A DNA stretch of 50,313 bases from an uncultured Cocleimonas sp. (GTDB lineage: Bacteria; Pseudomonadota; Gammaproteobacteria; Thiotrichales; Thiotrichaceae), in NCBI GenBank assembly GCA_937929875.1, contig CALFUP010000014.1, positions 1-50,313 on the forward strand, in the 5' to 3' direction. How positions within the stretch are numbered: position 1 is the stretch's first letter; each line of letters begins with the position of its first letter. A program made the translations under genes and the position numbers. The notes beneath the pieces were generated by a model. That model worked only from the letters and a program-made list of their open reading frames with translations. It was not told where the DNA came from and made no database searches. Positions 1-13,600 of this stretch are shown here, piece after piece.

Positions 1-1680
1 ACCACGTTTATTAGTGATAGCAAGCTAACCGTCGATACCGATGCAGACATCATTCATTACGGTATCGATCACGACTTCACTACTGGTGAATTGGTGAGCT
101 ACAACCTAGGTAGTGGTGCAGAAGCGATCGGTGGATTGACACACCGGACACTCTATTATGTTATCAAGGTCGATGCCGACAGCTTGAAACTGAGCCATAC
201 GGCTAATGGCACGGCCATTGACCTGACCAGTCAGGGTGATGGCGAGATGAATATCGCTCGTGAAGTTGAGTTTGCTACGCAAAACACAATTACGTCAGGT
301 AGTGGTGGGGTCAATATTGCCAATGACACGATTACCTTTACTACCGTGCATGGCTGGGATGACGGCGATAAAATCGTATACATGTCATCAGCTGGTGGTA
401 CTAAAATAGGTGGATTGGATAAGCGCACTAAAGTTTATTACGTCATCAAGGTTGATGATTACAGTGTTAAATTAAGAACGAATCCTCCTAGTCGTTATGA
501 TGCAACGTATGGAGTAGATATTGCGAACCTCACCAGCAGTGGTTCAGGTAATCATAATTTCTATCGTGTCTTTAATTACTTCTATGAGCACCTGAACATT
601 GTTTCTGTCAGCAACAACACGATTACCCTGACAGGGAATAATGGCATCACAGGTACCATTGAAAGTGTGGTTGATGGTCAGCGTGTACTCTTTGAAACCA
701 ATAAGAATTACTTGCGTAACTCTTATGAAGCCAGTCCTTTTGTTGGCCTTCAGGCTGGTAAAAAGTACTACATTACTAAGATCAGTGATACTAGCTTTAA
801 GCTGTCAAAAACCTTGGCAGATAAGGCTAATGGCATTTATATCGATGTGGAATATGACCGCGTTGCGTCTCAGTTCCGCTTTAAGCCATTAGTAGAAACA
901 GGGGTCAGTGGTACTGAACACATTGTTGTTGATACTGAGACTGAAACCATCCACTTTGCTGATGCACACGGCTTATACACCGGTCAGCGGGTCGGTTACT
1001 TCAAAGTGAATGACTCTGGGGTAATCGGCGGCTTAACTTCTGGCAGCTACTACTATGTCAAACGCATTGATGCTGATAGCCTGCAGCTGACTGATAGTCT
1101 GAACGGTACAGTGATTAACCTCACCTCCGATGCAGTTGGTTTCTCTTCGTTTGAGCATGATGAATTAGACTTGCCTGCCGGTCAGATGTTGGTCGATACC
1201 GTTAATGACCAGATCAACTTTATTGGCGTCCATAACCTCACGCAAGATATGCAGGTTACCTATCAGGTGGCATCAGGCGATACAGCGATTGAAGGGTTAA
1301 CGGTTGGCAACACCTATTACGTCAACGTTGTGGACACTAATACCATTGAATTAACGGCGACAGCCGGTGGCAGCAAAACAGATCTGATTAGTGAAGGCAC
1401 GGGCGAGCACTACCTCATTGCTAACGGCTTAAGCTTCGAGACACAAAACGTCATCTGGATTAATGCCGATAACGACACTATTCGTTTTGCTAGCGCGCAC
1501 AACCTGAATACGAATGACACTGTCACCTACACTGCGGACAGTGCCTTGCAAGGGCTTACTAGTGGCATGGATTACACCGTCAAGGTGATCGATCTATACA
1601 CCTTACAAGTCATCGGTACTGACGGCCTTGCAATCGACTTAAGCAAAGAAGTGAGCAGCAATCATCGCTTTACCCTAGCA
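1..1680 (+). repeat. About six degenerate 80-100 aa coding repeats resembling bacterial/phage E1-FCCH-like beta modules
   Basis: Recurring 'DTI.F...H.L.TG..V.Y......I.GL..G..YYV...D...L.L......G..I.LTS.G.G.H' in the translation. The family name is from recall. Confidence 0.55.
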
Positions 1681-4600
1681 CCAGTCAGCTTTATTGCCGG
1701 CAGCGAACTAGCTGAAACCCGCCAAGCGGCGGTACTAGCCTTAGCTGACCGTTTAAGTGCTGACTTAGGTGTGACCGTGACTCTCATCGCAGGTACGGCC
1801 ACTAACACGGTGAATGCTTCAGCGGATGCGGCCACTCAAGCAGCGGGCCGTAAGGTTGGCTTAAGCGCTGTCAGTATTGGTTACGACACCGATACGCTGC
1901 ATGACATTGCTATTCGCATTGCCGTCACCGACATGAACACTTTCCTAGGTGCTAATGGTGTTGGTGTACAAATCACAGATGCAGCGCTTGGCCTGGTGAT
2001 TTACAAGCAGGTTAACGAGACTAAGGATACGGCAACCGATGCGACGTATGCGCTAAAGGCTGAAGGCACAGCAAGTCTGATTGGATTAGAAAGTACGTTG
2101 ACCTTAACCGGTACACTGGCACTGGAAATTAATAAGACCGGTGCTGCAGTGAATGAGACTTTGACCACGCCAACAGGCAGTGTGGCTGTTCTGTTTGCTG
2201 ATGGCACAGAAATCATGCAGGTGGCAGGTAATGCAACGCTAACTGCCGTTGATTTTGTCGACTTCACTGGTTACTTCGTTATACAAAGTACGACTAATGC
2301 CTCTGGCGTAAAAGAGCTTCTAATAGGAGCTGAAGACGTCAACTTGTTTGTTGGTGATGACAAAGGTAGTGCTGATGAGTCCGACGATGTTGGTGTTCGA
2401 GTAACAGCTGACCTGATTGTTTTGATCAGCGAAGGTAAGTACGCATTCGATGCAACGGGTACTGCAAATTTATTGGGTATTGATGACCTATCTATAACAG
2501 GTAGCATGGGTGCTCAAATCAGTACATTCACGACTTCTATAAATCGTAGTTTGACTGTAGGCAATATTACAAAAACACTTGATCTTGATGCTGGTACTAA
2601 GCGTTTTGGTGGTGGAGTAACACTGAGTGTAGCCAACTTCGTCAACTTACAAGGTGACTTTGCTGTAGAAAAGTCGACCACAGACGCAGGCGTTAAAGAG
2701 TTATTACTAGCAGCAACTGGTGTTAGCTTATTTGCTGGCGATGACAAAGGAACTGCAGATGAGTCTGATGATGTTGGGGTCAGAGTTACAGCTGAGCTGA
2801 TCGTATTAATCAGTGACAATAAATACGCCTTTGATGCCAGCGGTTCAGCCACCTTGCTAGGTATTACTGATCTGTCAATTACCGGCAGAATGGGTGCCCA
2901 AATCAACACCTTTGATACGGCCATTCATCGTAGTTTGACAGTGGGTGATATTACAAAAGAAATACATCTTGGTGTTGATACTAAGCGCTTTGGTGGAGGG
3001 GTAACACTCAGTGTAGCTGACTTCATCGACTTGCAAGGTGACTTCACTATAGAAACAGTAACTACGAACGGTGTTAAAGAGCTTCTGTTAGCGGCAACAG
3101 GCGTTAGCCTATTTGTTGGTGATGATAAAGCCACCTCAACGCTATCTGATGATATAGGTGTTCGTGTTACTGCTTCACTGATCGTTTTGATCAGTCAGAA
3201 TAAATATGCCTTTGATGCAAGTGGTACTGCCAGCTTGGTAGGCATCGATGGTTTGTCTATCACCGGTAGCATGGGTGCACAGATTAATACCTTCACGACT
3301 TCGGTTAACCGAAGTCTGACTGTAGGTACTTTGACAAAGACACTGAGTCTCGATGCAGGTGTTAAGCGCTTCAGTGGTGGTGTGACGTTAAGTGTTTCAG
3401 GATTTGTCGATCTAGCTGGACAATTTACGGTTGAAAAACAAAATGACAAAGTCATTTTTGCAGCAGCCAACATCTCTGCCTTCTTAGGATCTAACCAAGG
3501 TAATAGCAGTGCGATAGGTGTTGCAGTAGAAGATGCCTATCTTGGTTTGGTCGTATTTAGTACAGGAAAATATGCATTATCATCCAGTGGAAATGCCGCT
3601 TTAGTTGGGTTAGATGGTTTAGTTGTTACCGGCAGCTTGGGTGTTAAATTAAATAATACAGGCCAAACCGTTGATGAGACTGTGGTAGTGGGTGGCACTC
3701 CCGTTGAGGTGAAGTTCGATACCACTGAAAACATTCAAACGTTTAGCGGCTCAGTAAATATTAAAATCGCAGGGGTGTTTGAAATATCCGGCACTGTGAT
3801 TGCAACGAAACAGGCAAATGGTTCAGTTGCTATTGATATTCCTGATGTGACACTGGCCATTGTGATGTCTGGAGTGGATGTCTTCAGTATTACAGGTCAT
3901 TTCAGGTTTAATATTTCTTCAGAAGCAGGATTTAAGCTGACTGAAGCCAAGGTTATTGGTTTTGCGCTGTTTGGTGAAGACGCTTTAGCAACAGCATCTA
4001 CAACGTTTAATGATATTGCGAATATTCCTGCTAATACGACAATCTTAGGAAATGCTTCTGGTACTACTACTCATATAGCTGGCAGCACAGAAGCTGGTTC
4101 GGCTAAGGCGACCAAATCTTTGGATTTAGGTCCGCTTTCGCTAAGCTTACCTTCATTAAGTATTAATGACTTCCAGTTCTCAATGGAAGATGCAGGCCCA
4201 CGCTTGATTATTACGGTCGGCTTGGGTGTTGAAACAGCCGCGTTAAAACTTGGTGGCAGTACAGATTCTGAGTTGGTCAAAGTTGAACTCAGCGAGTTGG
4301 GAATTAACTTTGACATTGCTGTAGATCTGGATATGGCTGATCTATTTGCCATCCCAGATGTGTCAGCAACAGGTCGCTTTGGTATTAGCATTGGTGAGTT
4401 GGTTGCATCAGTTAAAGATGTTGTTGAAGTAAAAGCTAGCAACGCATCATTTAACTATAATCCAAATGCTACTGGAGATTATGAGCTACTTCGAATAGAA
4501 GAAGCTTCTGTAAAAATCATCCCGATTAATGTAACTGGCACATTAAGACCTTATACCGACGGAGGCCTGAACCTACCTGGATTATCAGTTAGAACAGATG

Positions 4601-7600
4601 GTTTCACACTGGGTGAGGCGGAAATTAAAATAGATACACCTGTTACCATCGGTGGTTTCCTAAAGCTGGATGATACCCGAGTAGGTATCTCAAACTTCTC
4701 TGTGAAGTTTAATCAAGGCTTTAGTTTTGACGGTGATATATTTATAGCAACAGGTGGGGCTGTACTCTTCGAAGGTAGTGCCTTTGAAGCAAGATTGACA
4801 GACTCTGATGATGCTGATGATGAAGCGGCACGAGCAACACTCTCGTTTGCAAATAATGTGCCTGAAGGCTTTAAGTTCCATGCGGATGAAATGCAGCTGA
4901 AGTTCGGTAGCTTCGTTTCGGTAACGGCCAAAGATTTCATAGTGGATACGACGGCGACCGGTGATGAAGAAGTAGTCGCATTTGCTGCAATCGGCGCAAC
5001 TATTAAAGCGGGTGGTTTGAGTCTTAGTGGTCAGATGCTTAACTTCGCTATTCAGGCCGATGGAGACTTCATTACTAAAGCCGGCTTTGGTGTAGTGATA
5101 GAGGTTGGTGCTGCAGACTCTAGTGCGTTCAAATGGCCTACTTGGTTACCAATTAAGATTACTAAAATTGCTGTTCTTTGGGATGACATCCAAGCAGATC
5201 CAACTGATCTGAGACTTATCATGTCTGCATCTGTTACAGGAATAAAAGGAATTCCTGGCGCTCAGATCAGTGGTGCAGTTGAAGATATCGAAATAGACCT
5301 AGGCTTGTTATTAGACGGCGAATTCCCTGTTGTTAGTTTGGGTGCTTTTGCTGTTTCTATAAAAGCTGATGCCTTTGGCGGCAAGATTGATGCTGCGTTG
5401 CTTGGTGGAATCCTTAAGATTGATGCCGATGGGAATGAAATTGATGTGTTGGACAACACAACAGCTGTTGCTGATAGGATTCTTTATGTAGGCGTACAAG
5501 GTGGCTTTAAAATTGGGACGCTTGGACTGTCTATACGTTTTGCAGTGTCTGAATTAGGTCCTTTAGGTGTATCTGTTAGTTCACAAATACCTATTTTATT
5601 GGAGCCAACTTCTGGCTTGACGCTATCAGGTCTTTCAGGAAGTGTTGATTTCTTTAAAACGCTACCTTCTGCCACTACGCCAGACGACCTTGCTGATCCT
5701 ATATTCCAACCTACTCTTGGTAGTGGAACTACTTTAAGTGCAGGAGCTTGGCTTGCGAGTGTTAAGCAGCAGGTGATTACACAAGTTAAAGCAACGGGTG
5801 GAAAGGCAGACTTCTTTGCTGCATTCACATCACCAATGTTGATTACAGCTCAAGCGCAATTAACTTCAGCCTATGTATCACCCTTGGTATTAACAGCCAC
5901 AGTAAAAGTGTCAATTTCTACTGATGGGAAGATTGCGGTAGCCGGTGAGCTTAATCTACTTAGTGGTTTATATAAGATCCCAACGGTCATTTATGCAGAT
6001 CTTAGCCAGGTAGGTAATGGCGAGTTCCTCATGCTATTCCTAGCTGACAATATTCCAGTACCTGTTGGACCGCTCTATGCAATTATGAAGATTGAGGGAT
6101 CATTCAAGATTTCATTTACAGATGGTTCTGGAGACATTGTTGACTACAGCACGTTATTCCCTAATACAGCAGGTAATGTACCGACTGCCTTGATTGGTTC
6201 TCCTGGAATCAATGGCGAAATCACGTTAAGTCAGCTTATAGAGCAGCGATACATCGATATTCTATATACCGCATCACCAGACTCAGAGCTGGATGAAAGT
6301 TCTATCTTGGATGATGCTGCTGAGTTTGAATTGTTTATTGGAGGATCTAAGATTGCCGTCAATGGATCTCCTGTAAAACAGACCGATGCTGGAACCTACC
6401 GTTACACTTTTGCTGATGGCGTAGTGTTGTCAACAGGAGATGCTGAAGTAAGGTTCCTAAAAGATACTTGGGTTGATGCGAGTAGTGCCAAGAATGTTGC
6501 GAGCACTCAAGCCTTTACTGTGACATCGCCATCGGCAATTTTAGCTAATCCTGGAGCAGGCGATGTCTTTGACTACAGTCTGCTGAATAATGGAAAAGAG
6601 CTGCTGATTAGGTATTTACCAACAGCCGGCGCTACGATAGATCACGAGTCTATTATTGACTTAGATGCTGAGTTTGTATTGTCAGGTTCTGGCGCAGCTA
6701 ATGTCACGATAACTAGCGTAGAAAAGATTTCAGAAAACTTATACAGCTACACATTCACTGGTGAGTTCTCTCCTGGAGCCGTTGAGCTACAGTTTGGTTA
6801 CGGTGCCTTCAAAGATTCCAACGGTAATAGTGAAGTATTTAACGTTGCCTTCGATGTAACAGGTGCAACAGCGGATCTTTACTCTCCATTTAATGGGTCT
6901 ATTAATAGTGTCTTAACGCTTAATGATAATAAGTACATCGATGTTCTATTCAATGAGCCTGATGGTTTAGAGCTAGATGTAAACTCTATTCTGGATGCTG
7001 ATGCCGAGTTCACCTTAATAGGTGATGCAGCACAAAATGTAACCATTACAGGTGTTGAGCAGGTCGATGATTCAAGTCTGTTCCGATACACCTTCACAGG
7101 TAGCTTTGGTGTTGGTGAAGTTTCTGTTGTTATCATTGCCAATAGCTTTAAAGATAGCGCAGGTGTAACGAATGCTGAAGAGACAGAAACCTTTGCGGTA
7201 CAAGGCTCTAAGGTATCGTTAACCAACACCGATACCATTATCGGTCTGAATCAAGTAACGGGCTATATAGACCTCACGTTTACAGCAACAGAAGGCTTTA
7301 CTTTAGATGTTGCCAGCATTTTAGATAACGAAGCAGAGTTTACGTTAAACGGAGACGCAGCAAGTGAAGTGACAATTGGCCAGGCTACGCTAATTAGCGG
7401 AACTACTTATCGTTATGAGCTGACTGGTGAATTTACAGCTGGCGACATCGATGTAAGCTTTATTGCTGCAAGCTTTACGGATAGCGCAGGCTACGCCAAC
7501 TTAGCTGCGACATCATCATTTACGATTGCTTCAGCAAGCGCGCAGCTAGAAAATCCTGGTAACGAGCAAATTGTATCGTTGACTGAGAGTGACCAAACCG

Positions 7601-10600
7601 GTATCAACCAGCTTAACTATATCGACGTAACGTTTACGGACCCTAGTGGCCAAGGCCTAGATGAGGCTTCAATTATTGATGCCGACCAAGAGTTCACACT
7701 AGAAGGTGATGGTGCTACAGGCGTTAGTATCAATGGCGTTGCTGTGAAAGTCAGCGGAACAGACAGTACTTACCGCTATAGCTTCTCGGGTGCTTTCTCT
7801 CAAGGCCTAGTCACCGTAAAGTTCATTGAAAATAGCTACACAACAACATCTGGCATTACGAATGTTGCTGAAGAGTTCTATTTCTATGCGGTTCAGAAGT
7901 CTGCTTCGCTAGAGTTTTTACTGCAAGGTAAAGTCAGCTTGAAGGTTCCGTTTGCAGAAATGGCCTCAGGCATTGCTAATATCGCAGGAAGTGCTACGGG
8001 TAATGATACCGTTTCAGATCTAGCAAGCGCGCTTCAGGAGCCATTAGTGGCAATCGAAGGTGGTATTAAGATCACCATGGATTTCACAGCGAATGCTGAA
8101 CGTTTGATTATTGATGCTTGGGGTACGGTAGATCTGATGTACTTAGGTACTGTTGGAGCAGCTACTGGCCAGTTCGTTATGGCGAATGATAATGGCACAA
8201 CAAATATGTACGGTGCCTTTAAGCTTGATACCAACTTTGAAAAGCTTAGGCCTCTTGGAATAGATCTTGACGTTACAGCGTTCTTCGCATTCAGCCTGAG
8301 CGGTAATGTAGAAACACTGACGCTTACGCTTCCTGGACAAGCAAATGGCGGCGGTGATTTAACTGAGACATTTACACTACAGCCTTATGAGTTACTTATT
8401 CAGGCAGCAGGTATTGCCAAGCTGCATGTGCCAACATTTACCAATGACTTGGGTACACAGCTTGCTCGTTTAGATGGAGCATTTGTCTTCCGTCTAAACC
8501 CTGATAAGTTAGAAATGTTCTTTACTGCTAACGCAGAAATAGGGCCACCTGATTTACAGTTCTTCAAATACACAGCTGTGGGTATGATCCTTGTTAATGC
8601 AGATGGATTTGCTGCAAAAGTTGAGCTGACTTATGCAATAGGTGACAACCCTGACTTAGAAAAGCTTCTGAAATTTGAGGCCAAATTCATGTTGCTGATC
8701 AACATGACTTCTAAGAATCAGGAGTTCAATGTACCTAACTTCCTGACAGAAGACCGCGGCAGTGGTTTAGGTAGCTACCTGTCACAAGACTTCATTGATG
8801 CTCTTCAGTTAAGCCAGAGTGATTTGATCAAAGCGACATTGCTCTCTGAGTCACAAGCTGATCTCTTGAATGCTGAGGGTGTTTTAGATGAAACACTAAA
8901 GTCTTATCTGATCAGTAAAGGTGTTGCTTTAGACGGTGTTGTAAATGTTAAGAAGATTTATGAAAACGAACGTTGGGAGTTAGTCGATGCATCAGGCAAT
9001 GAATACGTCCTTGAAATTGATGAGATACAACAAGGGATCGTTAATATTTATGGAAGCAATGGCCGTACTGCCATTGTAATCCCTCGTGGCCCGCCTCAAG
9101 TTGATGGCAGTCTTGGAGAGCCAGGCCCTTACCTAATTATTGAAGCACAAGGTGAGTTAACCGTTGCAGAAGCTTTCGTTTTGCAAGGTTACTTCCGTTT
9201 TGAATTGCATGTTGCATCACGCTCATTGGATGTGAAGCTTGAGCTAACTGTTAGTGCCAAAATGGACCTAAGTGTTCTAGGTAGTGTTGAAGCCTTTGGA
9301 ATTATTACTTTAAAAACTAATCCATTAGATCCTTCAAAAACCCAAATTTATGGATTGGTTAGATTAACGCTCGATGTCAGTGCATTTGAAGCATTGGGCG
9401 TTGAAGCCAGCGCAACAGCAGAGCTTTATCTAAACTCGACCACAGAAGAGCACAAGGTGCTGGTCCCGTTTGGAACAACGGATTTGAAAGAATTTGTTAT
9501 TCCTCAAGGCCCTGTGTTTGTTGTGAAGCTGTCTGGCAAGCTTATCTTTAAGCAGTCAAATGTAGAGATGTTCCGCCTGAGTGGAATATTCTATCTTCAG
9601 GTTGAGCCCGATGGTGTTCAACTCTTTATTCAGGCATCGCTGAAGGTTGGCCCGCCCGCGTTCAATTTCTTTGATTTTGAAGCGACAGGCCTAGTAGTTC
9701 TCAACACACAAGGTTTTGCAGCAAACCTAGAAATATCGATCGATGTAAACTCTAATGGGCAACTGAGTGAGCTGATTAGCTTTAGTGCTCAATTTAAGCT
9801 TTTGGTTAATACGACCCTACAAGAGCATAATTTCATTATTCCTCAGGACTTTATTGATGGTAATTACTTACCACAAAGTTACCTGGATACCCTGACGCAA
9901 AATGCGTCGAATCAATACGTTGTTACGATTTCAGACAAGGCTCCTAAGCTAGGTGGTGGTCTTGAAACCGTTACAAGCGCTTATTTCTTCATTGAAGCCA
10001 GCGGTACCCTTACCGTACTAGGAATGGATCTTAGCGGTTTGCTATGGTTCAAGATGAGCTTGGCAACTGATCTAACGTTCAAGCTAGAGTTACTAGCGGC
10101 TGTCGAAGTTGACATCAAAGTTGCTCAAGTAGCAGTCATCGGTGTTCTAGAGTTCCAGATCAATCCGCTTGACCCAACGCGCACAGAAATACTTGGTGGC
10201 CTAACCGTTAGTGCAGGGTTGGATTTAGGCAGCATGCTGATTGTTGATGCTGATGCTACGATCACCTTTAACTCGACTACAGAGTCACGCTCTTATACTT
10301 TCGATTTAAATGGCACACCAACAACCTTTAATATTCCTGAAGGCCCAGGTGTTAGGTTCTCACTTGGTGGTTCTATTATCTTCCAGCCGGCTGGTGTGCA
10401 GCTGCTGAAAATAACGGGTGTCTTCATTCTTTCTGTTGATACGGATGGTTTGAGTATCTTTGTTGATGCATCCGCACAAATTGGTCCATCATCTTTCCGT
10501 GTTAATGCTGCAGTTACAGGTGTCCTCTTTGTCACCTCAACGGGTGGCGTGGCAATGGACTTCCATGCCTCAATAGGTGCCAATGCCTTTGGCAGCTTCA

Positions 10601-13600
10601 TGAGCCTGTCAGTAAAAGTTCGCGTAGTGCTGAATTACACTGGTCAGGAGCAAACATTAAGACTCTATGATCAAGATCTTCAGCACTTAAGTGAAGAGTA
10701 CCTAGACACTCTAGAAGAGCGTAGCGATGGTTACTATGCCGTCATTTCCAAAGGTGTTCCTCTGTTTGATGGAACTGAGGGGGGGATTAACTACTTTGCC
10801 CTAGAGATGCGCGGTGATGTGACGATTGGGAGTTTCTTCACCTTTGGCGGGTACTTCTTCCTATCGGTTTCACAGAGTAGTGTTCAATTAAAGTTTAATG
10901 CCTTCCTTGATCTTAATCCGTTTGGAGGATTACGAGCAGGTGGAGAGCTGAGTATTAGCACTAGTGGTCTGTCAGGTAGCTTGGAGCTTGAAGGCAGCTT
11001 AGGCGGCTTTGGCGTAGAGCTGTCTGGTAAGTTCACCTTTAGTGTAAATACTGCAGCAGGCACTCTTAGCGTTGGGTTACAAGGACGATTAGTTGTTGCA
11101 GGGGCCTTTAAGGTAGAAGGAAGCTTCATTCTTAAAGCAAGCCCCTCTGAATTTACGGTATCCGTTGACGCTAAGTTCGACTTTATGGGAATAGTTGAAC
11201 TTGATGTAGATGGTTTCTTTGGTCTCTATCGTACCTCTAATCCGGGCATCGTTTTAGATATTGGAATAAGCGCTAGTGTTTCCTTAGTGCCAGGTATCGT
11301 ATCAATCGAACTTGACGATGCTAGGTTACAGCTCAATACGCGGTCTATTGCAACGACTACTACAGCAGGTAATGTAATACCTAGCTACTTCTTGAAGTTG
11401 AAGATTGATAATGCCGGATTGAGGTTAATTGATAGATTTGATCTAGTGTCAATGAGTGGCTTCCTTGAAATTAACAACGGCAGCTTTGCACTAGGGTTGA
11501 AAGGTGGTATCAACTTCTTTGCATTGAACTTAGAAGCTGAACTTTATTTCAACTCTGAGGGTGAGTTCAAAGTAGGAATTTCTGGTGGTGTTACTATAGA
11601 TTTGGGTCCAGTGAATGGTTCACTTAAGGCTTATGTAGAGGTGTCTTATCTTGATAGTAATGGCGAGGAGTTGTTTGGCGATGGTAACAAGACGCTAGTC
11701 ATTGCTGGAGGCTTCAATTTGAGTTTCAGCTTGAGTGTAAAAGTTCCCCTTATTGGTAGGATCGGGTTTAGCTTTAATGCAGGGGTTGACTTAAAGCTAG
11801 AGGGTGGATCATTTAAGATTACCGTAAGGACGCCATCACCATTCCCTAATATCAGCGTTACATTAGGAAGCAGCCCTGATCAGCCAGACACTCCAGAGTT
11901 GGGATCTGTAAGTGGTGGCGTGCTAACACTTTATGCTGGAGAAGGGAATTCTAGGAATGTTAAGCAAGATATTACGGATGAAAAGTTTGTCATTAGCAAA
12001 GTAGATGGCCGTATTTTTGTGAGTTTCATGGGACTCACACAAAGTTTTGATGGTGTTAGTAAGATAGTGGTCAAAACAGGCGGCGGTGATGACATCGTTG
12101 AAATTGACGAGTCTATTGGAAGTATCCCTGTTGAAATTGACACTGGTAGTGGCGATGATCAGGTCACAATAGAAAGTAATTCCTTAGTGGATATCATCAC
12201 CGGGATTGGTAATGACGTTATTACAATACTAGGGTCAGGTGCTGCCACTATTAATGCCGGATCTGGTAATGACACAATTTTGGCAGGCTCAGGTCCGACC
12301 ACACTGGTGTTTAATAACAACTACGGACAGGATCATTTTGAGGCTTCTGGAACAGTAACTCTGGACTTCTCTGCAGTAACCACAGCGCTAAATGTGTCAA
12401 TACGTGAACCGGTTATTAGTGTTGTATCTGGCTCCAATGTTCTTTACTCACTTTACAGCGTCAAAGTGACTGTATTGAAACTTGGGTCGGGCACTAATAG
12501 TCAAGTCTTGATCCATAACATGATCACACAGACTACTTCGCATCAACTGTCGATTACCAGCACTGGCAGCTATCGTGTGATATACCATCAAGCGACCGAA
12601 GGGGTTGCTGTATCCATTGCAAGCTCAGGTGCTGGTTATAGACTATCCAGCGGTACTGAAACAGTGGTGCTGGATCAGAAAGTGACTAATATCAGTCTGG
12701 CTTCTGCCTCAAGTGTCATAACTAATGAAGAAAATACATCGTTAGGCATACTCAGTGTCTTTGATGGTGTTATCAATATCGAAGCAGCGAGTGATTCTCA
12801 AAGCGTCTTTATTGTAAATAGTAGCAATGTCGATCTGGGTGGCCGTCGTCTGACGCTTGTGGGTGCTGCACTAACTGTCAATGGCACTATAACGGCTGAC
12901 GATATTATTGTTCGTTCAGCCCATGACATCACATTAAACAACAATGTAACAACAACAGGCTTCTTGGATATCCAGGCTAGTGAAGGTATTTCGATGCTTC
13001 ACATCAATGGTGATATCACTGTTGCTGAGACAATCTATCTACTCGCTGGTCAGATTGAAGTTAAGGATAACCAACGTATTACTGTCCAAGGTGATGTGAT
13101 CATTACGTCGTTTGTGGGAGCCGTTAACTTTGGTAGTGGTACTTACCTGATTAGTGAAAGCGGTAAAATTATTGTTATCGCCGAGACCGAGCTCTATATC
13201 AGCTATATCATCGCTCGCGAGAGTTCAGTTGGTCTGCGTTCAAACAAAGGCAGCATCTTATCTACAGATGCTAACGATACCGATATTGAAACACGCTACC
13301 TACGCTTAGAGGCGTATATCGGTATAGGTCGTTTAGGCAGAAATATTGACGATATCAATACATCTGTTGACTACCTAGCTGCTGTTTCAGGTGTGGGTGG
13401 AATTAATATCCGCGAGACAGATACCTTAGTCATACAAGATGCTGGGGTTAGTGCGACGAGTAAAATGGATAATCAACTTGTTGATAGTCAGGTGTCAGTA
13501 ACAGAGTCAACACTAAGTGATTTGGAAGTTACAGGTGATGGCTCTGTTGTATTGCACTTGTCTCAGGGTGATCTCACTTTACAGGATGGTAGTGATGCAG

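Noticed and set aside
91-93. TTG start of the 5,182-aa ORF
   Set aside because: The frame is open to base 1 in the middle of a repeat, so the gene is 5'-truncated.
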